This document shows, one piece after another, positions 1 through 9,406 of a DNA stretch of 57,173 nucleotides; position 1 is the first letter of the stretch; the number at the start of each line of letters is the position of its first letter. The stretch is taken from IMG/VR virus record IMGVR_UViG_3300012347_000287, positions 1 through 57,173 of that record, one strand, 5' to 3'. Made by a program: the position numbers and the translations under genes. This stretch comes from a virus. Taxonomy: Duplodnaviria; Caudoviricetes. The notes under the pieces were generated by a model. The model ran no database searches. It was not told where the DNA came from and was given only the letters and a program-made list of their open reading frames with translations.

Positions 1-1
1 C

Positions 2-3000
2 GCCGCTGTAGCCAGGAATTGTTCCATCGATCATTCCAGAAATAAGTGGAGCATACTTCTTTGACATCTTTGTAGGTATTACAGACTCGCCTGGAGATAG
101 CATTGCAGGAACAACATCTCCTGCACCCTTTGGGCCAGGAACAGACACTACTCCATTTGCATATCTTCTTCCAAATAGCTTAGAGATAAGGCTTGTCTTG
201 CCCCTGCTAGCTGTTCTTTGGTTATTGTCGATACCATTGTCTAGAATAGACTTCAGGGATATTTCCTGAGCAATCTGCTTTTTCTTAGCGTCCATAGATG
301 AAGTAGACATTTTCTTAGGTGGGCGAGGTACGGCCTTTTCAGCAGGAGCCTTGCCACCCATAACCTTATCAGCGTATCTCTGAGCTTCATCTCTATCTCT
401 GTCAAGGATCTTTAGAATTTTTGGATCAATCTTCTTTACAGCTTTTTGTCTAGCCAAAAGAGCTTCTGAGGCAGCACCAAAGTAGCTCTTGATTCCAGGA
501 GACAGGTTTAGCTTTTCTCCACGAGATATAGCTGAGTCTATTGCAGCATAGGCTGTCTGAAGTCTTCCCCAGTCCTTGTTGTCTGGGCTTACTCCATTAG
601 AGATTTTTTGCATTATGGCATTTGCACGTGACTCTGTGGATCCAGTCTTTATCAAGAATTCTTTAATCGTTGCAGCATTTCTTGGAGACTCCTTGACCTT
701 CTGAACCATTATGTTATTAAATAGTCCAAGCTCTCTCTTGGTTGTCTCAATGCCCCACAGTCTTGGGTCAGGAATGCTCTTGTCTACCTGGGCAACGTGT
801 GATCTGTCTACCTGTAGTGCAGAAGTTATTTGCTTGTCACTTAGGCCCTTAGCCTTTAGTGCTGCATGTGCAGCATCGATTTCTGCTCGTAGGATAGCCT
901 CTTCAGCCTTGAAGATCTTTCCACCCTCGACGACACCATACTTCTTGTCGTACTCTTTCGAGAACTGAGATATTGCAGATTCTTTAATTCCTGCTGCTGC
1001 GGCATTGTATCTAACATTTGCTTTTTTACCATCGCTGTGTTCTGCGATGCTTCCATCTATCATGCCATTGATTAGACCAGAATACTTGGTAGCCATCTTT
1101 GCTGGGATGACTGCCTCTCCTGGAGAGAGCATTGCAGGGACTACGTCGCCAGCACCCTTTGGGCCTGGAACAGATACTACACCAGAAGCATACTTCTTTG
1201 GAGTCTTTGACTTAGCAGCAACTGCACCAATGTTTATTCCAGCAAGCTTTGATTGTGCAACCACGGCTCTTGCATACGCATCGGCAAGCTTGTTTACAGC
1301 ACCTGCCTCTGAGTTAAAGGTTTGAATTAGTTTTCCATGTGTCTGATCAAGGGAAGCGGCTACAGCTGCTGCCTCTAGCTGCTGCTGTGTCATGTACTCT
1401 GTTTGAGAGCCTAGTGTTTGTGAACCCTTTCCAGTACGCTGGAAAATTTTGCTAACTCCAAGGAAGAGTTTAATTAAGTTTGCAGCACCGTTAGCAATAA
1501 GACCGAATGTCATCAGCAGGACTGGTCCAATACCTGCAATTACTGTTGTTGCAATAACAGCAAACTGCTTAGCCCCATCGCCCATAGAGTTAAACTTGTC
1601 AAGGAAGCCCTTAACAAACTCTGCAATTGGAGTAACTGCCTTCAGGAATGCCTCTCCTAGTGGAACAAGAGAAACCTTGAGGTCCTCAATGACCTTCTTA
1701 AACTTGTACATAGGGGAGTCTTGAACACGCTTTAGTTCTCGCTCTGATAGAATGGCTAGCTCTTGGCTAGTAGAATTTGCTAGACCAAGTACCTTGGTTG
1801 CCTGGCTACCCTCGGCAATTACGTTCTGGAACAATGTTGATAGACGTGAGAACTGGAACTTTCCAAATAGTTGCTCGATTGCACGTGCACGGTTAAGTGG
1901 ATCTAGAGTGTCTAGAGCCTTTGCAAACTCGACAACGGTTCCCTTTACGTCGCCCTTGTTAGCTTCTACAATTCCCTTTAGGTTTACCCCAAAGCCAGCA
2001 AGGAACTCTGATGCCTTTGCTGTTGGATTAATCAATGATGCAAGACCAGACTTAAGTGCGTTAGCACCTTCTGATGCATTGATGCCACCTTCCTTCATGG
2101 CTGTCAGGAAGAAAGCTAGGTCTTCTACGTCTCCACCGAGCTGCTGGATAACTGGTCCAGCCTTTGGAACTGCAATAGTTAGGTCCTCGATAGAGGTAAC
2201 GGTCTGGTTTTCAACTGCGTTAAGGAAGTTTATCTTACCAGCAAGGTTTTCTGCTGCTATACCAAAAGCATTTGTAAGTGAGATGGTAGTCTCAAGAGCT
2301 TGCTCCTGTTCTACACCACCAAGAACTGCTAGCCTGGTTGCCTGATTAATCTGAGCGAGTAGGTCTGCACCCTGCTTACCCATAGCTGCTGCATTTGCAG
2401 CCATCTTCATTGTTTCTTCTACGGCTACGCCATACTTAGTAAATTCACCAGCAAGTCTCTTGACTTGGTCAAGCATCTTGTCAGTTTCTTCGTTTGAGGT
2501 AAAGGCTTCTCCATAAACACGCTTAAATCTAATAGCCTGCTCTTCCATCTTCATGAAAGTTTTTGCTGCGGCAGTTCCAAGATATGCTAGCGGAATAGAG
2601 AAACCAACCATAAGCTGACGACCAGCCCATTGAGTATTCTTACCAAAGTTTAGAAGATTTGTAGAACCCTGCTTTAGAAGCTGATTCATCAGTTGCTGCT
2701 TTTGAGCAGCCATAGCAGTTTTGGTTGCTAGATCTTCCATGTCTAAAGCTAAAGGTCGTACCGAAATAGACTTTAAAGCACCATTTGCGTCACGACCCAG
2801 CTTTATGTACTGTGTTTGAAGTGTTTTTACTCTTTCACGAGCAACCTTTTCAATTGTATCGAATTCAGACCTGAACAGCCTTCCAAAAGTCTTTGTTGAT
2901 GCTCCAGCATATCTGAAGTATTCACCCATACCAAGCTTGTTCTTTTCAAGTCTTGTGGTGAAGGTCTCAGTTGTGCTTGCAATCGTTTTGACTCTTGCTG

Positions 3001-3193
3001 CAAACTGTCCAGTTGCATTAATATTATTTAATAGATTACGCTGTATATTCTGTGCAGACTTTGCTTGTGCTGCACCGCTTTGCATTAACTGCGTATTAAG
3101 GGAAGATATCTGCCTTTGAAGATTCTTAATCTCTGCGATACCAACAGCGGTATCAACATTTATAATTATGTCTGAATGTACATTTTCAGCCAT
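2..3193 (-). CDS. Tape measure protein (3' end runs out of window)
   Basis: Not in the ORF track. ATG at 3193 (MAENVHSDIIINVDTAVG) is in frame with the coding sequence at the window start. Ala/Gly-rich helical sequence, directly downstream of tail tube and chaperones. Confidence 0.9.
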   Translation of the reverse strand, partial: MAENVHSDIIINVDTAVGIAEIKNLQRQISSLNTQLMQSGAAQAKSAQNIQRNLLNNINATGQFAARVKTIASTTETFTTRLEKNKLGMGEYFRYAGASTKTFGRLFRSEFDTIEKVARERVKTLQTQYIKLGRDANGALKSISVRPLALDMEDLATKTAMAAQKQQLMNQLLKQGSTNLLNFGKNTQWAGRQLMVGFSIPLAYLGTAAAKTFMKMEEQAIRFKRVYGEAFTSNEETDKMLDQVKRLAGEFTKYGVAVEETMKMAANAAAMGKQGADLLAQINQATRLAVLGGVEQEQALETTISLTNAFGIAAENLAGKINFLNAVENQTVTSIEDLTIAVPKAGPVIQQLGGDVEDLAFFLTAMKEGGINASEGANALKSGLASLINPTAKASEFLAGFGVNLKGIVEANKGDVKGTVVEFAKALDTLDPLNRARAIEQLFGKFQFSRLSTLFQNVIAEGSQATKVLGLANSTSQELAILSERELKRVQDSPMYKFKKVIEDLKVSLVPLGEAFLKAVTPIAEFVKGFLDKFNSMGDGAKQFAVIATTVIAGIGPVLLMTFGLIANGAANLIKLFLGVSKIFQRTGKGSQTLGSQTEYMTQQQLEAAAVAASLDQTHGKLIQTFNSEAGAVNKLADAYARAVVAQSKLAGINIGAVAAKSKTPKKYASGVVSVPGPKGAGDVVPAMLSPGEAVIPAKMATKYSGLINGMIDGSIAEHSDGKKANVRYNAAAAGIKESAISQFSKEYDKKYGVVEGGKIFKAEEAILRAEIDAAHAALKAKGLSDKQITSALQVDRSHVAQVDKSIPDPRLWGIETTKRELGLFNNIMVQKVKESPRNAATIKEFLIKTGSTESRANAIMQKISNGVSPDNKDWGRLQTAYAAIDSAISRGEKLNLSPGIKSYFGAASEALLARQKAVKKIDPKILKILDRDRDEAQRYADKVMGGKAPAEKAVPRPPKKMSTSSMDAKKKQIAQEISLKSILDNGIDNNQRTASRGKTSLISKLFGRRYANGVVSVPGPKGAGDVVPAMLSPGESVIPTKMSKKYAPLISGMIDGTIPGYSG

Positions 3194-3218
3194 ATGGTAG
3201 CACTTCCCTTTTTATTTA

Positions 3219-3527
3219 TTAAATGCTTGTTGGGAGAATTGCAGCGTTACCCGATGCTTCTCCAACAATCTTATATACTGTCGGAAGATCTAAAATATCT
3301 TCCAGTCTTGCTCTATCCTTTGCCAATTCTGGGTCAAACTGCTGTAGAGCAATTACTACACAATCAAGAAGTAGCTCCATAGACTTGTCGTCATCTTCTG
3401 CGACTTCCTGAATCTTTGCAAACTCTTTTAGGAATGGTTTTAGTAGAGATATCTTTAGTGGTCTTATTGTGATCTCTGTGCCATCTAGTAGCTTTATTGC
3501 TGTCTCTTCACTAACTGTAATTGACAT
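3219..3527 (-). CDS. Tail assembly chaperone, short form
   Basis: Lies just before the tape measure gene; aligns by eye with the N-terminal half of 3581..4264. Confidence 0.7.
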   Translation of the reverse strand: MSITVSEETAIKLLDGTEITIRPLKISLLKPFLKEFAKIQEVAEDDDKSMELLLDCVVIALQQFDPELAKDRARLEDILDLPTVYKIVGEASGNAAILPTSI

Positions 3528-3580
3528 TTTTCCTCTTTCGTTTTTAGTAGGTTAGATAATTATACCATAAAGGGTATTGG

Positions 3581-4264
3581 CTAATTTACCTTTTCGTAAC
3601 TCAGCCCCATACCGATTCCAAATCCAGCCTTCTGTGCACTCACTCCCTGAAGCGACACTATGTCATTTGCGTCTGCGGCATTACCGCCAGAGAATACCCT
3701 AGCCTTCATTTCTTCCCATGCATCTTTTTTGCCAGTATTCTTATCTAGATCTATACCCTGAATTGATGCATGAAACTTTTTATCAGAGTAGTCCAACTCT
3801 CTTTTCGCAGTAAGCGTAGCTGTTAGTTCTGACATAGACATAGATGTCTCGAGCTCTTCGTAGTCTTTCCAGATTCCAAGAAGAAATACTTCCGACTCCA
3901 GCTTGGCAAGATCTAGCGTCTCCCAAGTCGATCCACTATCCGTAGCCTGCTTCTTTACAGTCTCTTCTTCATTATCTTTATTTATCTTAATTCCAGCAGC
4001 AATATTAATTATCTTATAAATAGTATTTAGGTCAAAGTTATCTTCGAGATCTTCTACCGTCTTAAACTCTGGGAAGTATTGCTTCATAGCAATTACTGAA
4101 CACTTTGTAAGTTTGTCTATAGCTTCACTGTCATCTTTTGCAGTTTTTACGTTATCAAATTCTTCTAGAAATTCCCTGAGATATTTAATCTTTAGTGGGG
4201 TTAGGTAGATGGCAATTCCGTCTACAGTATAGACTGTGTCCGACTCATATATTTTAGTTGCCAT
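3581..4264 (-). CDS. Tail assembly chaperone, long (G-T-like) form
   Basis: Between tail tube and TMP; N-terminal half is a paralog of 3219..3527, with an extra C-terminal domain. Confidence 0.7.
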   Translation of the reverse strand: MATKIYESDTVYTVDGIAIYLTPLKIKYLREFLEEFDNVKTAKDDSEAIDKLTKCSVIAMKQYFPEFKTVEDLEDNFDLNTIYKIINIAAGIKINKDNEEETVKKQATDSGSTWETLDLAKLESEVFLLGIWKDYEELETSMSMSELTATLTAKRELDYSDKKFHASIQGIDLDKNTGKKDAWEEMKARVFSGGNAADANDIVSLQGVSAQKAGFGIGMGLSYEKVN

Positions 4265-4282
4265 CCTACAAGTATACCAAAT

Positions 4283-4317
4283 GCAAAACCGCCCAGTCGT
4301 TAAACTGGACGGTTTGC
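4283..4317 (-). terminator. Intrinsic terminator after tail tube gene
   Basis: Hairpin GCAAACCGTCCAGT...ACTGGGCGGTTTTGC just after the stop codon. Confidence 0.6.
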
Positions 4318-4338
4318 TATTTAATTATTATTAAATTA

Positions 4339-4983
4339 TTACGATACTAGCGATAGGGTACGATCTACGATCTTACCGTATGATGCTGAGTCGTTTGGTA
4401 GTAGACGGAATGAGACCTCAAACATTGTTGCCTCATCACGCTTTGCTGATACTGTAACGCTTTCGATTGAAAGTGCACGGTATGCAACATAGATACGCTC
4501 TAGCGAGCTTCCTACTGCACAGTCACCTGTACCAGGACCAACAGCGACTAGACCACGCTCAACTGGACATTCTCCAATGTCACCAGCTGAAAGGTTTAGG
4601 GCTGGGTTACCAGCACCCCAAGAACCGCTTGCGACGTTTCCTAGGTCTGCGTCCTTACCTGCAAGAGAGAACAGCAAGTTCTCTAGTGTAGATTCAGCAA
4701 ATGTGGTATTTAGGTTTACCTGCATACCTTGCTTGTAAAGCTTAGCTACGTCAAGTACCTGGTCAACAGATACCTCACCAAAATCAGGCTGGAATTGAAT
4801 TTCCAGGCCGTTCATGGTGTAACCAACGTTACGGAAGTCAGCGTCTGCAGAGAGAGTCTCCTTGAACGATGTATCTTCGACTAGTGCTGGAAGGTCTGCG
4901 TCTGTTAGCGTACCTGCCTCATATGTCCATAGTGCTGCTGCTCCAACAATAATGTTAGAACTTGAACCACGTGTATATGCCAT
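4339..4983 (-). CDS. Major tail (tube) protein
   Basis: 214 aa; NIIVGAA, VGYTMNGLE and ERIYVAYRALSIE are siphovirus tube-like motifs; GAGGTG RBS; synteny. Confidence 0.8.
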   Translation of the reverse strand: MAYTRGSSSNIIVGAAALWTYEAGTLTDADLPALVEDTSFKETLSADADFRNVGYTMNGLEIQFQPDFGEVSVDQVLDVAKLYKQGMQVNLNTTFAESTLENLLFSLAGKDADLGNVASGSWGAGNPALNLSAGDIGECPVERGLVAVGPGTGDCAVGSSLERIYVAYRALSIESVTVSAKRDEATMFEVSFRLLPNDSASYGKIVDRTLSLVS

Positions 4984-5063
4984 AATTATTTCACCTCTTT
5001 TTCTTTAGAATAATAGGCGTGTTTCCTCAAGTCTAAGTATACCAGCCTATTTTAAAAATTGTG

Positions 5064-5642
5064 TTATAGAGGTGTTCCGTTATAGCTGGTATTCCCAGCT
5101 GAATAGCCTACGCTATGATAGCAGTAGTCGATGATCATCTTATTTCCAGCAAATGTTCTAGCTGTACCGAAATCAATGATGTCTCTGGTCTCTTCTAGCT
5201 GATATATCTTAATGTCGTGGAAATATACTAATGGGTAGAGATCTCCATTATCATCAACTAGTGGGTTGCTGGATGCTTGCTTATCTCTAGCCCAGGCGTT
5301 AATGTCTTGTGCAGACTCATCTCCACGGTCTAGCAAATCTTGTACAATTTGTGATGTAAGGATTAGGTTTACTGGATCTCCATGCATCTTGTAGAAGTAG
5401 TAAAGCAACTGTTCGTCTTTAATGTGTGGGAAGGCTCTTCTACGCATTTTAAACATTCTATCGTATACCGCAAAAACATCGTTAGCCACCTCTGGAAATG
5501 TCTCTGTTAACGAGTTAATGTCTGTTGGTAGAGTTGGGAAGAACCTAAGCGTGTCTCTTGAGAATCTTCCAGGGCCTATGGCTGCTGGAACCTTTTCTGC
5601 TAAGTATGCGTTGATAAAAATTGGTGGATATGAAATTGCCAT
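5064..5642 (-). CDS. Putative tail terminator
   Basis: Synteny (precedes tail tube), 192 aa. Confidence 0.5.
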   Translation of the reverse strand: MAISYPPIFINAYLAEKVPAAIGPGRFSRDTLRFFPTLPTDINSLTETFPEVANDVFAVYDRMFKMRRRAFPHIKDEQLLYYFYKMHGDPVNLILTSQIVQDLLDRGDESAQDINAWARDKQASSNPLVDDNGDLYPLVYFHDIKIYQLEETRDIIDFGTARTFAGNKMIIDYCYHSVGYSAGNTSYNGTPL

Positions 5643-5643
5643 G

Positions 5644-6312
5644 TTAAATTATACCAGCCTTTGCTATCCACTGTTTTCCAGTTGCAATACCTATGTTATA
5701 TCCACCAGTCTTACCCTGAGAAAAGTTTTTCTTAAAGTCAATCGGGTTTTCTAGATACGACAGTATTCCTGTAGCTGCCAGAAAAGATTGCTTAAAGTAA
5801 AGCTTAAAGAAACTATCAAAAACCTTTTCATACTGGCCTTCTACGTTTCCTCCAGGATTCTGAACCTTAACTGGCTGACTAGTAAAAACTTCTTCTCCGT
5901 CAACAGTAAATGCTAGAACCTTATTCTTAGGGGCAATTACTACTGGTATGCCATTCTCCATGATTCTAGCCTTATCATAGAATGGGACCTTTGATCCATT
6001 CTTTATTGATGTAGACTGACTAAACTTTGAGTCTACAGATAATCCAACTCCAGTAACCGTGTACCCTATGTCAAACAGTCTGGCCTCTGGAGATCCAGTC
6101 TGGTTCCACTCATACACGTGGTGCAATAACTGAGGAGCTACTCTGGCATTAGAGTCTATGTATTCTTTTAATGCTTCTATTACGGTAACCCCAAAGCCCT
6201 TTAGAAATACCCCCTGGCCCCTCTGTACGCCTATTAGGAAGCCTATGCTGTAGCCCATGAGATTATCCATCTCTTTTTTAAATTTCTTATTATTTATCTT
6301 TACAGAGATCAT
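5644..6312 (-). CDS. Putative neck/tail completion protein
   Basis: Synteny within the head-tail joining block. Confidence 0.45.
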   Translation of the reverse strand: MISVKINNKKFKKEMDNLMGYSIGFLIGVQRGQGVFLKGFGVTVIEALKEYIDSNARVAPQLLHHVYEWNQTGSPEARLFDIGYTVTGVGLSVDSKFSQSTSIKNGSKVPFYDKARIMENGIPVVIAPKNKVLAFTVDGEEVFTSQPVKVQNPGGNVEGQYEKVFDSFFKLYFKQSFLAATGILSYLENPIDFKKNFSQGKTGGYNIGIATGKQWIAKAGII

Positions 6313-6761
6313 TATACATCTGCCGCCTGGTTCTCTGATCTGCGAAGAACAATTTTGTAATACTCTACACTTCCGAATGGGCCAACAAATGGCTCTATTG
6401 TTGCTACCTCAAATATGGTAGCTTTTCCAGCTCTAGGGCCTGAAGTCTCTACATATACCTGCTTTGAATTTCTATCCTTGATGTTACTAACCACAATGTT
6501 GGTGATTGCATTATTAGCATCTTTAGATGATATTCTGATGTCTGTTCTTAGCCTTCCAAGTAGAATAGACTCCTGGGTTATGTTTACATTTGGGGTCACT
6601 TCTTCTTTAAAGGCAGAGCCTGCAGGAGTAATTGAGCAGGCAATAGTCCTATCGTGAATCCACTGCTTTTTAATATTTCCTAGCGATCCCTGCTCTATAA
6701 TTGGATAGAACACATCCGCACACATTGGAAATGTAAAGTCTGTGGTTTCGCAAATAGTCAT
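6312..6761 (-). CDS. Putative head-to-tail stopper
   Basis: 149 aa, beta-rich, follows the adaptor. Confidence 0.5.
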   Translation of the reverse strand: MTICETTDFTFPMCADVFYPIIEQGSLGNIKKQWIHDRTIACSITPAGSAFKEEVTPNVNITQESILLGRLRTDIRISSKDANNAITNIVVSNIKDRNSKQVYVETSGPRAGKATIFEVATIEPFVGPFGSVEYYKIVLRRSENQAADV

Positions 6762-6763
6762 TG

Positions 6764-7672
6764 TTATAGAACTCCGACTTTAGTAATAGACTTCATATAC
6801 TTGTCAAGCATCTTGTCTACTATCATGTTACCTGTTCCCTCTAGCATCTTCTTGTCAAACTGAATTCTAAACTGATCTGTATTGTATGAAGTAACATACT
6901 TCTGGTAATAGTCAAGTCTTCCGCACTTAAGATCATCTATAAGCATGATTGTAGCTTTCTCGACATCTGCTGGAATTGCTCGATACCCTTCGTCTAGAAC
7001 AAATAGGTAGTCGTATCTCTCTGGGAATGTACCATAATTAAATATTCCAGTAGCAATATCTCCCCTGGATGCTGGTAGCTTTATGGTTGGCGAAGCAATT
7101 CTGTTTGCCTCACCTGATTCAATTCTATATATGGCAGAGTTGTCTAGGGTAACTCTAAATTCATCTGCATAAGCGGTTGGGTCATCGATGTCGTAAATCA
7201 GAACATTGTTCTCGTACACCTTTAGCACACGGTTTGCATCTCTCCATACTGGTAAGTAGTCTGCGTTAGATCCCTTGGTCTGAAGTATAGACTTGTGATT
7301 GTAGAAGCCTATACCAGTATAAGTATCTATGATTGATCTAGCGATCAGTTCCCATCTTTTAAAGTCTGCTATTTCTGATGCAGTTGTTCCAAGATCACTT
7401 GGGTTTGTATATGGTCTAACAATGTCTAGGTTAGACTCGTAAATAATGTGTTCGTGCTCAGTATCATAGAATCTGATTAGGAACTGTCTGTCGAACTGAA
7501 CTTTTGATGCTGGCAAAGTGTAGGTCACTACCCCCGTAGAATCTGAAGCAATGGTTGCTTCTTCTATTGAGTGGTCCACCAAATCCTCAACATAGACAAT
7601 GTAGTCATAGTTGGCATCTGGCAAATTCCATTTACTTACAATAGGATATGGTGGAACCCTCAAAATTTCCAT
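6764..7672 (-). CDS. Head-to-tail adaptor
   Basis: ARSIIDTYTG and GYRAIPADVEKATIML adaptor-like motifs; TGNMIVDKMLDKY C-terminus. Confidence 0.65.
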   Translation of the reverse strand: MEILRVPPYPIVSKWNLPDANYDYIVYVEDLVDHSIEEATIASDSTGVVTYTLPASKVQFDRQFLIRFYDTEHEHIIYESNLDIVRPYTNPSDLGTTASEIADFKRWELIARSIIDTYTGIGFYNHKSILQTKGSNADYLPVWRDANRVLKVYENNVLIYDIDDPTAYADEFRVTLDNSAIYRIESGEANRIASPTIKLPASRGDIATGIFNYGTFPERYDYLFVLDEGYRAIPADVEKATIMLIDDLKCGRLDYYQKYVTSYNTDQFRIQFDKKMLEGTGNMIVDKMLDKYMKSITKVGVL

Positions 7673-8146
7673 TTACTTGCCGTACTCCCTGGCAACCTCT
7701 TCTGGAGTTGCTAGACGAATGTGGTCACGCTTTACCCACTGGTCTGCAGCACTCTTAGATACAATGTTGTATCCAGTGTATACTTTACCAACACCATTCC
7801 AGGTTACATTTCTAGAAGAATATACTGCAACAGTCTCTTCTTTCTTTGCAGCCTTCTTTACTACTGGCTTTGGCTCTGACTTAGCTACCTTGGTTGATCC
7901 AAGGACTCCGTTTGCAACATACGCAAGACCAGGCTTTTCTGCTGCTGGCTCTGGAGTTACGATAGCTTGTGCTTGAGGCTTTGCCTCTTCAACTTTAACA
8001 TTTTCAATCTTTTCAGATATTTCATCATCTTCAGATTCTTCGACATCTTCAACAGACTCTTCAACAACTTTTGTAGACTCTTCGATATCTTTAACATCAT
8101 CGATTAACAATGACTCTTCTTTTTCGTTATTTGTATTTTCAGACAT
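7673..8146 (-). CDS. Hypothetical virion/assembly protein with acidic N-terminus
   Basis: GGAGG RBS; between MCP and adaptor. Confidence 0.6.
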   Translation of the reverse strand: MSENTNNEKEESLLIDDVKDIEESTKVVEESVEDVEESEDDEISEKIENVKVEEAKPQAQAIVTPEPAAEKPGLAYVANGVLGSTKVAKSEPKPVVKKAAKKEETVAVYSSRNVTWNGVGKVYTGYNIVSKSAADQWVKRDHIRLATPEEVAREYGK

Positions 8147-8179
8147 AATAACCTCCTAAACTATAATTATAACAGATAT

Positions 8180-8220
8180 TAAAAAAGAGGACAGGAGCCG
8201 AAACTCCTGCCCCCTCTTAA
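8180..8220 (-). terminator. Intrinsic terminator after major capsid gene
   Basis: Minus strand AGAGGGGGCAGGAGT-TTCG-GCTCCTGTCCTCT followed by a T-run. Confidence 0.85.
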
Positions 8221-8236
8221 AGGTTTCAGTTACAGA

Positions 8237-9379
8237 CTAGCTGTCTGCTCCTGCGTCAGCGAATGCAATGGCATCCTCTTCCTCCCACTGAATACCGAAA
8301 CGTACGAATACGGTGTACTCAATGGTGTCCTTCTTTGGCTTGTACTCACGGTTTACGGTGATGTCACGCTGGAATCCCCATACACGGTTCTGAGGGAATG
8401 TAAGGTCTACATAACCTGCAGGGTAGTAAGGAACTTCCTGAACATCGACACCTAGAACACGTGTTGTACGTGCTCCACCGAATGTCTGAGCTGCACCATC
8501 TAGGTAGTTCTGACGGTTTGCAGCAGTACCTGCTGGAGTACCAGCAAATGCTTCAGCAATAGCGTCAGCTAGAGTACCGTTGTTCTTGATGATACCCTGG
8601 AACGCATCGGTTCCAGCGTAGAACTTCAAGTTGCTCTTTAGAGCACGGTACTTACGAGGCATAGCCAAGATAATGTTCTGCATTACCTCAGTTGTCCATG
8701 CGTTGTCAGTTACGGTTACAACTGACTCGTGAGCATCTCCAGTCTTAGCCTTGTTTACGAAACCATCCATGATAGATAGGAATGCATCTGAACCTGTACC
8801 AGTACCGTTGATCGCTAGATCTTCGATGTCATTAGCAAAAGCGTTTGTCATCAAACGTACTAGGTGGTCTTCAAGTGCACCTCCTTCAATTCCGTCTTCA
8901 AGTGCTTCAGCAGATACTTCCCAGTCCAAGCGAATCTTCTTGGTAGTAAGCTCCACCTTTGTGAACTGAGCACCAGCGTTAGTGTAGTCACCAACAGCCT
9001 GTGCAGCCGCACGAATTACACGCTCTCCGACGTTAACCTTCTCGAGCTCCATTGTGTTGGCTCTCATAGTTACACGACGACCATCCTTGGCGAGAATAGT
9101 TGCATCCCATACGTAGTCAATAAAACGACGTGCCTGTTCAGGGCGTAGGATACCACTGCCTGCATCACCTGAAGGGTTAACAGCGTTTGGACCAGATGTA
9201 ATACCTAGCTCAGCGTTTGGAATATTGTTGATAGCACCTACTGTTGAGTAGTTACCTGGAACATTTGCACCAGCTTCTGAACCAGATGCAAAAGCACCCT
9301 GTCCTTGGTAAAGACCAGGAGTTGTTCCTCCTAGTTCGCCAGTTTCACCTGGCTGATTCTTAATAATTTCTTCCGACAT
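8237..9379 (-). CDS. Major capsid protein (HK97 fold)
   Basis: GILRPEQARRFID, ELTTKKIRLDWEVSAEALED and FANDIEDLAINGTG motifs; GGAGGTG RBS favours ATG at 9379. Confidence 0.9.
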   Translation of the reverse strand: MSEEIIKNQPGETGELGGTTPGLYQGQGAFASGSEAGANVPGNYSTVGAINNIPNAELGITSGPNAVNPSGDAGSGILRPEQARRFIDYVWDATILAKDGRRVTMRANTMELEKVNVGERVIRAAAQAVGDYTNAGAQFTKVELTTKKIRLDWEVSAEALEDGIEGGALEDHLVRLMTNAFANDIEDLAINGTGTGSDAFLSIMDGFVNKAKTGDAHESVVTVTDNAWTTEVMQNIILAMPRKYRALKSNLKFYAGTDAFQGIIKNNGTLADAIAEAFAGTPAGTAANRQNYLDGAAQTFGGARTTRVLGVDVQEVPYYPAGYVDLTFPQNRVWGFQRDITVNREYKPKKDTIEYTVFVRFGIQWEEEDAIAFADAGADS

Positions 9380-9406
9380 AATTGTCACCTCCTAAGTGAT
9401 TTTTGT

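Noticed and set aside
711-3411. Plus-strand and short minus-strand ORFs listed over the TMP region
   Set aside because: Shadow ORFs of the tape measure and chaperone genes. The same applies to other antisense ORFs over long structural genes.
3527-4264. Programmed -1 frameshift in tail chaperones
   Set aside because: The two genes are separate paralogs with their own starts; no overlap needing a frameshift was seen.
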